A DNA stretch of 64,000 nt from the NCBI GenBank assembly GCA_003635255.1, contig PYJC01000107.1, positions 11,367 to 75,366 of the forward strand. Direction: 5' to 3'. Made by a program: the position numbers and the translations under genes. The notes under the pieces were generated by a model that worked only from the letters and a program-made list of their open reading frames with translations, was not told the origin of the DNA and did not search any database. The first letter of the stretch is position 1; each line of letters opens with the position of its first letter. Positions 44,376 through 53,312 of this stretch are shown in pieces. Origin of the DNA: Candidatus Poribacteria bacterium (GTDB lineage Bacteria; Poribacteria; WGA-4E; WGA-3G).

Positions 44376-45101
44376 TTAGAATCTATGGGTGAAAACCAGA
44401 GATTGAAAGCCACTATCTGTTTGTTGCACCTGCAGCGAAAATCTCCGATTATTATACGCTTCAGCGGTTTTAGGTGCATCAAGGATATTCCAGATATGGA
44501 TCCCAATACCTGTTGCGAGGAAAATACCGCTGAAAAACGCATGATTTTTCATGCGCGTACGCCCTTGGTCATAGGTCAAGAATTCATCAGTCCGGGGATC
44601 TTGGAACCCAGTCTCAAATACACTTTGCTGGTTATAATGCAAGGCGCGAGCGATGTTATACCCAGCAAGTGCGAACGTGCCTAACTCGACGGTTAGGAAG
44701 AGCGTCGCTTTTGTGTAGTTACCGGCATAAGCCTGTCCCAATCCGGGCATAAAAATTGAGAGCCGCTGCGCTTTTTGGAGATCAAGTTTAGGGTAGTACC
44801 GCTCTGGATGCGACCGAAATAGTGGGTAATTCGGTTTCGTCTCAGGTTCATCCGTATAACCGGGAACGAAGGGTCGGATGTTCTGATTGACAGTATCAGG
44901 TTCCGTATAACGGGAAACAAATGACTGGGGTTTCTGATTCGCAGCATCAGATTCCGTATCAGTAGTCGTATTCGTTTCGTCCGTTTCGGTTTCGGCAGTT
45001 ACGCCAACGAACCCAACGCTGAGAAAGAGTATAAACGTAAGCAATATGTAAAACAGAGGCGGCATTTGCGCCACCTCTTTACTTTTTTTCATGGAGTCCA
45101 C
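44376..45101 (-). CDS. Membrane protein (T-rich linker; PGLGQAY-type TM pair)
   Basis: N-terminal TM, low-complexity TETDETNTTTDTESD, then IFMPGLGQAYAGNYTKATLFLTVELGTFALAGYN, reminiscent of DUF5683-type membrane proteins. Confidence 0.5.
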   Translation of the reverse strand: MDSMKKSKEVAQMPPLFYILLTFILFLSVGFVGVTAETETDETNTTTDTESDAANQKPQSFVSRYTEPDTVNQNIRPFVPGYTDEPETKPNYPLFRSHPERYYPKLDLQKAQRLSIFMPGLGQAYAGNYTKATLFLTVELGTFALAGYNIARALHYNQQSVFETGFQDPRTDEFLTYDQGRTRMKNHAFFSGIFLATGIGIHIWNILDAPKTAEAYNNRRFSLQVQQTDSGFQSLVFTHRF

Positions 45102-45107
45102 TCCTTA

Positions 45108-45935
45108 TCAAGGACGCTTGAGCGATGGTGCTAATTGTACGTTTTCCGGATCCGTCTGATATGCCCAATCGAAAACAACAGCATCATCATAAAGTTCGCG
45201 CACATGAATTTTTGCGTAGTTGTTATCGGGGGTATTGATGGCATAGATATGTCCCTCAATGAGTTCAACAAATAGCGTCGTATACCCCATATCTGGAACA
45301 AAATCAACCGCGTCAAAATGTTCGTGATACCCCAAATCCTGCATGAACGTCTCATTGTCCGAATAGAGATAGGTAACACCGATTTCGGTATCAAGTCCAA
45401 AATAGATATCAGTCGCGGGGCTGTCCCACTGGACGCTTCCCTTCTCCGGTCGCGAGAAATCGAACCCACTTCTTTCTGGTAAAATATTATAGTCCTCAAG
45501 GGTGATATTTCGCCCTTCTGGACGCGGTGTGTCCCAAGCGTCTTCGGGACTGAGATCGCTTTCATTATCGTGAATGTCATAAGCGGAGACGGCGTAATAG
45601 TAGGTTTCTCCGTTTCGGACGGTTGTATCTACATAACGGGTCGTGTTTTCTGAAACCTCTGCCAGACTCTCAAAGTTGGTGTCATCGCGTCCGCGCCACA
45701 CCTGATAACCTGCCAAATCATATTCACCATTAGGGTACCACTCAATAATAACCTCTTCATCGCCTGTAATGGTCCTGACCCCGCGAGGCACAGCGGGGGG
45801 TTCATCATCCGTATCGTCACTCGCATCAATATAACACCCACTGATCCCACCGAATAACAGTGCAGCCAAGAGTATCGTGAGAATTCTGTCGATTTTGGTT
45901 AACATGTATCTATCCCTCCAGAGTTTAAGTTGCAT
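45108..45935 (-). CDS. Lipoprotein with fibronectin type III domain
   Basis: Lipobox GGISGC. The FN3 pattern is PPAVPRGVRTITGDEEVIIEWYPNGEYDLAGYQVWRGRDD...YVDTTVRNGETYYYAVSAYD. The start may be the internal ATG at 45905. Confidence 0.6.
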   Translation of the reverse strand: MQLKLWRDRYMLTKIDRILTILLAALLFGGISGCYIDASDDTDDEPPAVPRGVRTITGDEEVIIEWYPNGEYDLAGYQVWRGRDDTNFESLAEVSENTTRYVDTTVRNGETYYYAVSAYDIHDNESDLSPEDAWDTPRPEGRNITLEDYNILPERSGFDFSRPEKGSVQWDSPATDIYFGLDTEIGVTYLYSDNETFMQDLGYHEHFDAVDFVPDMGYTTLFVELIEGHIYAINTPDNNYAKIHVRELYDDAVVFDWAYQTDPENVQLAPSLKRP

Positions 45936-46058
45936 TTAGACTCTGTAACGGATACATCGCCAAAAGCGTTGACAAACTCTTCATTAAAATATTATCACAA
46001 AAGCCGTGAGAATGCAAGACAAAATTTTTCAGAAGCCGTCAAAAACTAAGTACCGCAA

Positions 46059-46087
46059 TTGACATTGAGGCTCAATTGTGATACGAT
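46059..46087 (+). promoter_or_regulatory. Sigma-70-like promoter candidate upstream of sixA (TTGACA-17 nt-TACGAT)
   Basis: TTGACA at 46059-46064, a 17-nt spacer and TACGAT at 46082-46087. AGGAG at 46101-46105 precedes the ATG at 46111. Confidence 0.35.
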
Positions 46088-46110
46088 GTAAAAAAAAATA
46101 AGGAGATACG

Positions 46111-46608
46111 ATGAAAACGCTTCTCATTCTACGACACGCAAAATCGAGTTGGAAGTACCCAGAACTCTCTGACTATGATCGTCCCCTCAATTCACGCGGC
46201 AAACGAGATGCCCCACGGATGGGGAAATACCTACGTCAGCAAGGACTGACCCCTGACCGGATTTTGACTTCATCCGCGAAACGCGCTCGGAAAACTGCGA
46301 ATAAAGTGGCAAAATCGTGTGGTTACACAGGAAAGGTGAAAAAGATAGAGGCATTTTATGATACCGTCCCCGGGGTCTATTTTGAGGTATTACAAGCACT
46401 ACCGGATAAATACCAACGCGTTATGGTCGTTGGACACAATCCAACAATGGAACGACTCGTGAATCATCTGACGGAACAAATAGAACGGATGCCGACAGCG
46501 GCACTTGCTCACATTGAACTTCCGATTCAACATTGGGATGCGCTCGATCTGTATACAAAAGGAACCTTAGTCAACTTATGGACGCCGAAAACACTTTTCA
46601 CGGATTAA
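46111..46608 (+). CDS. sixA: Phosphohistidine phosphatase SixA-type (histidine phosphatase superfamily)
   Basis: LLILRHAKS (RHG-type catalytic motif), a second His context VVGHNP, and about 165 aa, the typical SixA size. Confidence 0.8.
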   Translation: MKTLLILRHAKSSWKYPELSDYDRPLNSRGKRDAPRMGKYLRQQGLTPDRILTSSAKRARKTANKVAKSCGYTGKVKKIEAFYDTVPGVYFEVLQALPDKYQRVMVVGHNPTMERLVNHLTEQIERMPTAALAHIELPIQHWDALDLYTKGTLVNLWTPKTLFTD

Positions 46609-47960
46609 TCAGCCTATTCGCGATCTTGCTTGTGTCTTTCTGCTCACTCTACAGTACTGTAGCAGCTGAAACTCCGGTTTCAACGGCTATAGACGGACAA
46701 TTCCTTCCATGGGTGGTCAACGATGGTGAAGGCGGTGTCATCGTTATGTGGGAAGATTACCGGACAGGAAAGGACTGGGACGTTTATGCGCAGCGCATTG
46801 ATAGCACTGGAAAAGCACGTTGGGAAGAAAATGGTGTGGCAATATGTCAGGCAGATAGAAATCAACGTCGCTTACGGATGATTCGACACGACAGACACGC
46901 GATTGTTGTCTGGAACGACAGACGCGACAGAAGTAATTGGGACATCTATGCCCAAGCGATTAATCTTGACGGCGAAATTCTATGGCAAACGGATGGAATC
47001 CCGGTCTGCATAAATACCACCGATCAATCAACACAGGCGATTATGAATGATGGCGAAGGCGGTGCTATCTGCGTCTGGGAAGATGAACGCCGAAGTTCTG
47101 AATTCCAAGACCTCTATATCCAACGGATCACTTCGGAAGGTCAACCGATATGGGACCCTAACGGTATTCCTGTTTTTCCATCGGAATCGCTACAGAGCGA
47201 CCCGATTCTGGTTGCCGATGGCATGGGCGGATTCTATGTGGTTTGGTGGGATGTTATCGGCTATGACGCGTGGCACATTATGGCATATCGCCTGAGTTTA
47301 GACGCAAAACCGTTATGGGACACTCCGATCCTTGTTTCTCCGATGGACGGGATGCAAGGTGAACCTCGCGTGATTGCCGATAGTGAAGGTGGAATCATTG
47401 TACTATGGCAGACATACGAAAATTTTATTAACGATCAACTTCACGCACAACGGATCGCCGCGGATGGTAGCAAACTATGGGAAGGGACAGGTGTTCCAAT
47501 CTGTACAGCTTCGGGTATCCAGAAGCACGCCTCGGTCGTCGGGGATGGAAACGGTGGATTCATCGCAGTGTGGCGAGATGAACGCGATATCTATTCTGAC
47601 CTGTTTATGCAGTATATCCGCGCAGATGGCACACCGGTCTGGGAACAAGACGGTATCCCGCTTTGCACGGCAGGTGGACACCAGGACAAACCTTCTATTG
47701 TCAAAACCGAAGAAGGACGATTTTTTGTGACATGGTTAGACTACCGAGAGGACTTCGGTGAGGAGAGCAGCGATGCTGTCTATGGGCAGCTTATTGATTT
47801 AGAGGGTAAGACGTTATGGGATGAAAACGGGGTGGCTATCTCCACGAGCCAAGGCGAACACTATCCGCCGTTTGTGGTATCTGTTGAAAATGGAAAATGG
47901 ATGGTCGTCTGGAGCAACACGCAAGAAGACAACGGAGATATTTTTCTTCAGCGATTTTAG
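46578..47960 (+). CDS. Secreted repeat protein (about eight ~55-aa repeats, beta-propeller-like)
   Basis: Signal peptide after ATG 46578. The recurring unit is DG-x-GG-x-I-x-VW-x-D-x-R...D-[IVL]-[YF]-x-Q-[RY]-I...G...W...NG-[IV]-P-[IV]. Confidence 0.6.
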   Translation: MDAENTFHGLISLFAILLVSFCSLYSTVAAETPVSTAIDGQFLPWVVNDGEGGVIVMWEDYRTGKDWDVYAQRIDSTGKARWEENGVAICQADRNQRRLRMIRHDRHAIVVWNDRRDRSNWDIYAQAINLDGEILWQTDGIPVCINTTDQSTQAIMNDGEGGAICVWEDERRSSEFQDLYIQRITSEGQPIWDPNGIPVFPSESLQSDPILVADGMGGFYVVWWDVIGYDAWHIMAYRLSLDAKPLWDTPILVSPMDGMQGEPRVIADSEGGIIVLWQTYENFINDQLHAQRIAADGSKLWEGTGVPICTASGIQKHASVVGDGNGGFIAVWRDERDIYSDLFMQYIRADGTPVWEQDGIPLCTAGGHQDKPSIVKTEEGRFFVTWLDYREDFGEESSDAVYGQLIDLEGKTLWDENGVAISTSQGEHYPPFVVSVENGKWMVVWSNTQEDNGDIFLQRF

Positions 47961-48046
47961 GCAATTGCCTATCCTTCAGTTCTAAGAGAGTCGCAGATAG
48001 CATCCTGCTACTGCTTTATGTCGAACTCACCTTTGGTAGGTTGTGT

Positions 48047-49654
48047 TTAAATATGGACACCAGAAGCGGAAGGACGTTCTTGTACGACAGGGATGACGTA
48101 ACTCCGAATCGTTAAACCCTGCAATGTTTGCGTTTCTACGCGAGGTTCAGGGTTTTTGCGATGATCGAATACCACGTAATAGCCTTCGTTCACATTTTCT
48201 ATGGTGAGATACTTCGCGAGTTGCTGTTTGCCTGCCTCATAAAGCAGGTCACCCTCCCAAATTTTTGTTTCAACAACATACTTGCGGGCGTTGTGGAGGA
48301 TGAGGAGATCCATCCTGCCGCGCCCGGTTTGGACTTCAAGGTACATGTTTCCACCGACGAGGCCGACGAATTGGTCGAGATAGGTGAAGAGGAGATACTG
48401 TCCGACGTACTCGTGGGGTGTGTCTGGGATTTGTAGTATTTTGAAACCTGCCCGGGCGATGAAATCCTTGAAGTTGTCCAAGAGGGATGGCATGTGAATG
48501 TATCCATCAGGTGTAAGGTAATCTCGAAAGCCGGCGCGGGTGTCTTCCGGGAAGTATTCCCGCTCCAAGCCGTTAACAGGCTGTTTGAATGCCCGCATGA
48601 TACGGAACTGATAGATTGGGTTAACAATCTTACACATCCCACTGGTATCTTCCTCAATCACGCCATACGTAACGAGTTCGCTGATGACTTCATTGTCTAA
48701 GTTGAAGGCTACGCCCTTATCGTAAGATGTGATCTCCATTAGGACCCTTTCAAAGCGCGAGTCTCTGCGGATATTGGTTAGCAGATGTTGAATATTACGA
48801 TTCTGTTCACGAAGGAGCCGCGTGTGCGCGTTTGAGAAATGCGCCATTTTAATCGACTCGGTCTTTGGAATTTCCAGTTCTGTTGTGAGAATTTGGGCGA
48901 ATCGGTTGACGAGAAAGGGTTGTCCACCTGTCTGTTTGTGAAGGCTTTCGATGGCTTCAGGTGCGAAGGCTTGGCCAACCTCGTCGGTATATTGTCCAAT
49001 CAGTTCATGCACCTGTTCAAGCGTGAAATTGGACAGGGCAAACTCGTCATGAATATTGAAAGGAGAAACTGAGCGGTCGTAATCAAGTTGGGCGATGCTC
49101 TTGACACCGACGATACCGACGCTGTGTGGACACTGCGAAGCACTACGGGTGAGGTAGATGCGGCGTAGTGAATGAAGGAAACCTCTCACAGCAGTTTTGG
49201 GAATGCCATCAAACTCGTCAATGACAACAACGAACCTTTGATTATCAAGCAAATTCGATAGATGCTGGAAAAACCTTAGCATTGACAGGTGATCCGTTAT
49301 CTCTGCGGTATCCAAGAAAGACACTAAGGCTTCAGTAGGCGTGCTTCCACGTTTTTGGAAATTGTGCGCCATCCGTTCACGAATATCCTCGACGAGGCTT
49401 CTATAAAAATCGACTGGGTCTATATCTACGTACGCTTCAAAGTTAAGTTCGATTGGGAAATAAGTTGGATCCTTGGCGACAAGCATATCAAGTGCGAATT
49501 GGAAAAAGGTGGTTTTACCTGTTTGGCGCGGTGCGAAGATAACAAGGTATTTTCCCTGTTTGATACGATCAATAAAGTCGGTGAGTTCAGCGGTCCGACT
49601 AACAATATAGTTTTTCTCTGGGGATACGGGGCCTTCGGTGCCAAACGTTTTCAT
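48047..49654 (-). CDS. AAA-ATPase-like domain protein with C-terminal PD-(D/E)XK nuclease domain
   Basis: Walker A FAPRQTGKTTF, Walker B VVVIDEFD, C-terminal GRGRMDLLILHNARKYVVETKIW (D...E-x-K). Confidence 0.8.
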   Translation of the reverse strand: MKTFGTEGPVSPEKNYIVSRTAELTDFIDRIKQGKYLVIFAPRQTGKTTFFQFALDMLVAKDPTYFPIELNFEAYVDIDPVDFYRSLVEDIRERMAHNFQKRGSTPTEALVSFLDTAEITDHLSMLRFFQHLSNLLDNQRFVVVIDEFDGIPKTAVRGFLHSLRRIYLTRSASQCPHSVGIVGVKSIAQLDYDRSVSPFNIHDEFALSNFTLEQVHELIGQYTDEVGQAFAPEAIESLHKQTGGQPFLVNRFAQILTTELEIPKTESIKMAHFSNAHTRLLREQNRNIQHLLTNIRRDSRFERVLMEITSYDKGVAFNLDNEVISELVTYGVIEEDTSGMCKIVNPIYQFRIMRAFKQPVNGLEREYFPEDTRAGFRDYLTPDGYIHMPSLLDNFKDFIARAGFKILQIPDTPHEYVGQYLLFTYLDQFVGLVGGNMYLEVQTGRGRMDLLILHNARKYVVETKIWEGDLLYEAGKQQLAKYLTIENVNEGYYVVFDHRKNPEPRVETQTLQGLTIRSYVIPVVQERPSASGVHI

Positions 49655-49816
49655 TTTCTTCCTTTCCGAAAGTAGGTTTTAAACCCAACTCGTTCAAAGA
49701 AGAGTGGAGAAGTCAACCCCTCAGTACGTCGGTGTTTGACAATCTCTGAAATGGAGTCGCCGAACCAAATCTTACCGCTCTTCGGATCAATACCGGCTGT
49801 CTGTCCAATCCGTTCG
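49651..49816 (-). pseudogene. 3' part of an 82-codon ORF split by the tnpB element
   Basis: Reads (T)ERIGQTAGIDPKSGKIWFGDSISEIVKHRRTEGLTSPLFFERVGFKTYFRKGRK*. Its TGA overlaps the ATG of the AAA-ATPase gene (ATGA). Confidence 0.55.
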
Positions 49817-49990
49817 GTGATAGCACCCACAGCCTAAAGGCTGGGGCTTCGGTTTCGTAGACAGTGCGGTTTTCTCAAAGAGTCGACCGTCTTAATCCGT
49901 CTCCACCAGCGGGCGTTTCCCTCGTGTTCCCAAATTGATTCAATGAACACAAGGCATATCGTTAGGTAACGGCTATCCCTGCCCGCAAAA
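49817..49990 (-). ncRNA. Predicted TnpB guide RNA (omega/right-end RNA) scaffold region
   Basis: This is by analogy with characterised TnpB loci, where the RNA spans the tnpB 3' end to the right-end boundary. The region contains the right-end hairpin (plus-strand 49827-49846). It has not been verified by covariance or expression data. Confidence 0.35.
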
Positions 49991-51080
49991 TGTTTATCGC
50001 AGCGTTGATGTCTCGGTCATGGTGTGAACCACATTCAGAACATGTCCACTGTCTATCTGAAAGAGAAAGATATTCGTTAGGGTAGCCACAATTGCTGCAA
50101 GGTTTTGTTGTAGGAGTCCATTGATCAATCTCTTTCAAAAGACGCTTATGTTTACTGCACTTATACCTTAATATCTTAACAAACTGGTAGAATCCAAGGT
50201 CAGATACCTTACGTCCCCACAGGCGTTTCATGCCGTCAAGGTTCAAAGTTTCAAGGACAATCGTATCAAACTTCTTACAAAGTTTAGATGCCAGTTGCCA
50301 GTGAAAATCTTCGCGTTGATTGCTAATTTTCTCATAGAGGCGTGCGATTTGTCGCACACACCGCCACCAACCGTGAGAACCTTTGACTTTACGACTCAAG
50401 GTTTGGTTGAGAGACCGAAGTTTCTTCAAGGAGTGTTTCAAGGGGTGTGGGTGTTGTATCTTCTCACCTGTGCTAAGGGTCAAATACGCGTCTTTCATAC
50501 CGAAGTCTGCCCCAACGCTTTTACCTGTTGTCGGCAGAGGTCTAAAATCTGTGTAGTCCGTTGTGATACAAAGCCAATATCTACCGCAACTATCACGCTT
50601 GAGTGTAACTTCGGTGATAGTCCCGTGCCACTGCCGGGGCTTATGAAACGTATACGGCACTTTATCAAACTGCCATTTACGCGTATCAGGATTCCACTTA
50701 CGGAAACTCAGCGTGATACGATTATTATACAAAGACCACCCCGCAGAACTCGGATACGTAATAGACTTAAACTTACGTCTCGGCTTAATATGCGGTCTAC
50801 CCCCAAGTTTCTTAAAAAAACGGTCATACGCTTTATGAATACGCTTGAGTTCCTGTTGCATCGCTTGGCTTGGCAATGCGTTCCAATGCGGGTGGGTCGT
50901 CTCTTTCAAATGTTTAAGGTGATCACACATACCTTCATAGTTTACATAAGGAAGTCCGTCTTTATACCTTTGACGCTGCCACTCATGGAAATAGACATGC
51001 ACTTGCCATATATCGTCAAGCAGATTGCCAATACGTATGGTATTGGATTGATTATAGAGCGGATATTTATACGTTTTCAT
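49962..51080 (-). CDS. tnpB: RNA-guided endonuclease TnpB (IS605 OrfB family)
   Basis: RuvC triad contexts VGADFG, IVLETLNL and HDRDINAAINI. Zinc ribbon CSNCGY...CSECGS. 372 aa. Confidence 0.9.
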   Translation of the reverse strand: MKTYKYPLYNQSNTIRIGNLLDDIWQVHVYFHEWQRQRYKDGLPYVNYEGMCDHLKHLKETTHPHWNALPSQAMQQELKRIHKAYDRFFKKLGGRPHIKPRRKFKSITYPSSAGWSLYNNRITLSFRKWNPDTRKWQFDKVPYTFHKPRQWHGTITEVTLKRDSCGRYWLCITTDYTDFRPLPTTGKSVGADFGMKDAYLTLSTGEKIQHPHPLKHSLKKLRSLNQTLSRKVKGSHGWWRCVRQIARLYEKISNQREDFHWQLASKLCKKFDTIVLETLNLDGMKRLWGRKVSDLGFYQFVKILRYKCSKHKRLLKEIDQWTPTTKPCSNCGYPNEYLSLSDRQWTCSECGSHHDRDINAAINILRAGIAVT

Positions 51081-51283
51081 GGACTATCAAGTATCAAGTC
51101 TTTAACCCCTGTGAAGTGGGTAGGCAGACACATAACCAAGGGGTTATGCTTCACATGCCTGCCAACTTGATACTATACTTATACAACATTTTTGTGTCAA
51201 GGTCAAGTTTATTTTTCAGGATTACGTCCTGAGCGGGCTTATATCCCGAAGTCTAAAGACTTCGGCTTTACGCCCGAATGCCC

Positions 51284-51366
51284 GTAATATCGTGCTGTTT
51301 CTGGTATTCTGCCCAAATCTGCTTGCATTTATGTGAGTCGGCTTTTGTCCAATTTGGATGTTTCAT
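51284..51366 (-). pseudogene. 5' part of the 82-codon ORF split by the tnpB element
   Basis: AAAGGAGAA RBS, then ATG 51366: MKHPNWTKADSHKCKQIWAEYQKQHDIT, ending at the TTAC that abuts the IS left end. Confidence 0.55.
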
Positions 51367-51405
51367 TGCTAATTTCTCCTTTCATTTTACAGGATACCAT
51401 GACGA

Positions 51406-51419
51406 CTTGACTCAAGTCA
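51406..51419. promoter_or_regulatory. 14-bp palindrome TTGACTCAAGTCAA upstream of the split small ORF (possible operator / -35)
   Basis: A perfect 6+2+6 palindrome in the 70-nt gap between the zinc-hook ATPase stop and the small-ORF start. It contains TTGACT on both strands. Confidence 0.3.
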
Positions 51420-51436
51420 AATTGATTCAGGAACCG

Positions 51437-53311
51437 TTATGCCTCTCTACTCATCTCAATTAAATGTGCACCTTTGAGACCCGCGCGCACATCTTCATCA
51501 TAACTCGTTACAACGACTTGGTGTTCTTCGGCGACTTCATGAATGAAATCCACCATCAACGCCTTTCGTTCGTCATCTAAATGAAGCGTCGGGTCATCGA
51601 ATACGAAGAAGCCGGGGTTGCCCAAAACCTTAGCGAGGGCGACTTTGAAACAGAGATATAAGAACATTTTTTCACTGCCACTCAGCAACATGAGACTCCG
51701 ATCAGTGCCATCTATATTAAGTGAAGGGAGCAGGTGTTCGCGTTGTAAGTCGACGCGCGTTTGTCCCCCGCTCCCGCGAGAAGTAGAAAAAAGTTGCATC
51801 TTGTCGAGCCAGTGATGCAGCTCCTCTTCAGCGGGCTTGAGGATTTGCCGCTGGAGTGCTTCAATGGTCCTGTCAATCCCAGCGCAGGCGAGTTCGATAC
51901 TCAGGAGTGTCGTTTTAACTTTGGATGCCTCCCTGTTTACGCGTTGGAGTGCGTTACGTCTATCTAAACGGACGGCTTCTTCCTGCTTGAGTTTGCCGAG
52001 TCGCTCACGCTCACTATCAATTTGTGCTTTTAACTTTGGTTTATCCAAGATTGCGAGGGTATCCGAAGGCACTTGTTCGTTCTGTTGGATACCTTTCTCA
52101 CTTAACCGGGATACGAGTGCGTCAAGTTCAGTCTGCGTTTTGTCAATGTCTTGGGCGCGTTGCTGATACTGTGTTGCGAGTGTTTGTAAAGTCTGGAGAC
52201 GTTGTTCAAGTTTTTGCCGATCCTTTAAATTAGTGGTTTCTGTCTCTAACGACTGTTTATGGGTATCAAGCTCGGTGCATCGCTGTGATTTTTCTTCTTG
52301 TTTTTCATCAATAATCTTTTGTACCACATCTCGTTCAACTGTTTGGGAACAGGTTGGACAGTGCTGTTCGCCACTCTCAATCAGTGTTTGGAGGGTGTTA
52401 CAGACCTTCGTTAACGCTTCGATCTCAGATTCCAAGCGACCGATCTGTTGTATCAGTTTCTCTCGTTTCCCTTCCAACCCAGAGGCTTCCTGAATCGCTG
52501 TTTCGATTGTAGCGATCATCTCTCGGAGATGTGCAATATCGTTAAAACCGCTCAAGGCTTCAGCTTGTTGACGCGTGAGCGTGTCCAAGTGTTCCTGTAG
52601 ACGGTTCTTGTTTTGCCCCCACTCTGCGATGAGTGCTGTATCACCTGTTTGCGCACCGTAAGCGGTTTCCAAGTCTTTCAACTTTGCTTCAATCCGCGCA
52701 ATCTCAGCCTCGTTTACATTCTGTGCATTGAACCGCAAACTATTCTGATGGGCATGAATTCTCCCCTGCTCACGCTTGGCGATACGCCGCGTGTCAATAA
52801 ATCGCTGTCGGACCTCTATCAACCTGTCGATACCGAGGAGGGTATGGAGAATATCACGTCGGGTGGCGGATTGACGTGCAAGAAATTCAAAAATTTCTCC
52901 TTCGCGAAGGAATGTTGTGAGCGCGAGTTGCTCGTGCATGATCCCAAATCGCTCTTGCAACAGCGACTCCGTTACCTTGATACGTTTCTCATCGAAAAGC
53001 ACCTGCCATGCACCGTTTTTTTCTGAACGGAGTTGGATCCGTTTCCCAGTGCCGCGGTAAAGTTGATAGCGTTCACCATCCACAAGGAATTGGAGTCCCG
53101 CTGTCCCGCTATAGGCTTTTGCGCTTTTTATGGCAGAGGTATCCACGCGTGGCACAATCGGTTTCCCAGTCAGTGTAAAAAAAATCGCGTTGACAAGCGT
53201 GCTTTTGCCACTGAAGTTGGGACCGAAAATGAGATTGATCCCATCGTGAAGATCAAAATCTTGCTCTTGGAAACAGCCAAAAGCCCTAAGGCGTATCCGC
53301 TCAAGCAGCAT
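51437..53311 (-). CDS. Rad50/SbcC-like SMC-family ATPase with coiled coil and CxxC zinc hook
   Basis: Walker A GPNFSGKSTL, a long heptad-rich middle with EQHCPTCSQ at its centre, signature LSGSEK and Walker B FFVFDDPTLHLD. The start is set at ATG 53311 (MLLERIRLRAFG). Confidence 0.8.
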   Translation of the reverse strand: MLLERIRLRAFGCFQEQDFDLHDGINLIFGPNFSGKSTLVNAIFFTLTGKPIVPRVDTSAIKSAKAYSGTAGLQFLVDGERYQLYRGTGKRIQLRSEKNGAWQVLFDEKRIKVTESLLQERFGIMHEQLALTTFLREGEIFEFLARQSATRRDILHTLLGIDRLIEVRQRFIDTRRIAKREQGRIHAHQNSLRFNAQNVNEAEIARIEAKLKDLETAYGAQTGDTALIAEWGQNKNRLQEHLDTLTRQQAEALSGFNDIAHLREMIATIETAIQEASGLEGKREKLIQQIGRLESEIEALTKVCNTLQTLIESGEQHCPTCSQTVERDVVQKIIDEKQEEKSQRCTELDTHKQSLETETTNLKDRQKLEQRLQTLQTLATQYQQRAQDIDKTQTELDALVSRLSEKGIQQNEQVPSDTLAILDKPKLKAQIDSERERLGKLKQEEAVRLDRRNALQRVNREASKVKTTLLSIELACAGIDRTIEALQRQILKPAEEELHHWLDKMQLFSTSRGSGGQTRVDLQREHLLPSLNIDGTDRSLMLLSGSEKMFLYLCFKVALAKVLGNPGFFVFDDPTLHLDDERKALMVDFIHEVAEEHQVVVTSYDEDVRAGLKGAHLIEMSREA

Positions 53312-53312
53312 A

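Larger units (their letters stand above)
49817..51283 (-). mobile_element. IS200/IS605-family tnpB-only element (IS1341-like), about 1467 bp
   Basis: It contains tnpB and has subterminal hairpins with identical TTTA loops at both ends. TTAC abuts the left end. Removing the element restores an in-frame ORF. Confidence 0.7.
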
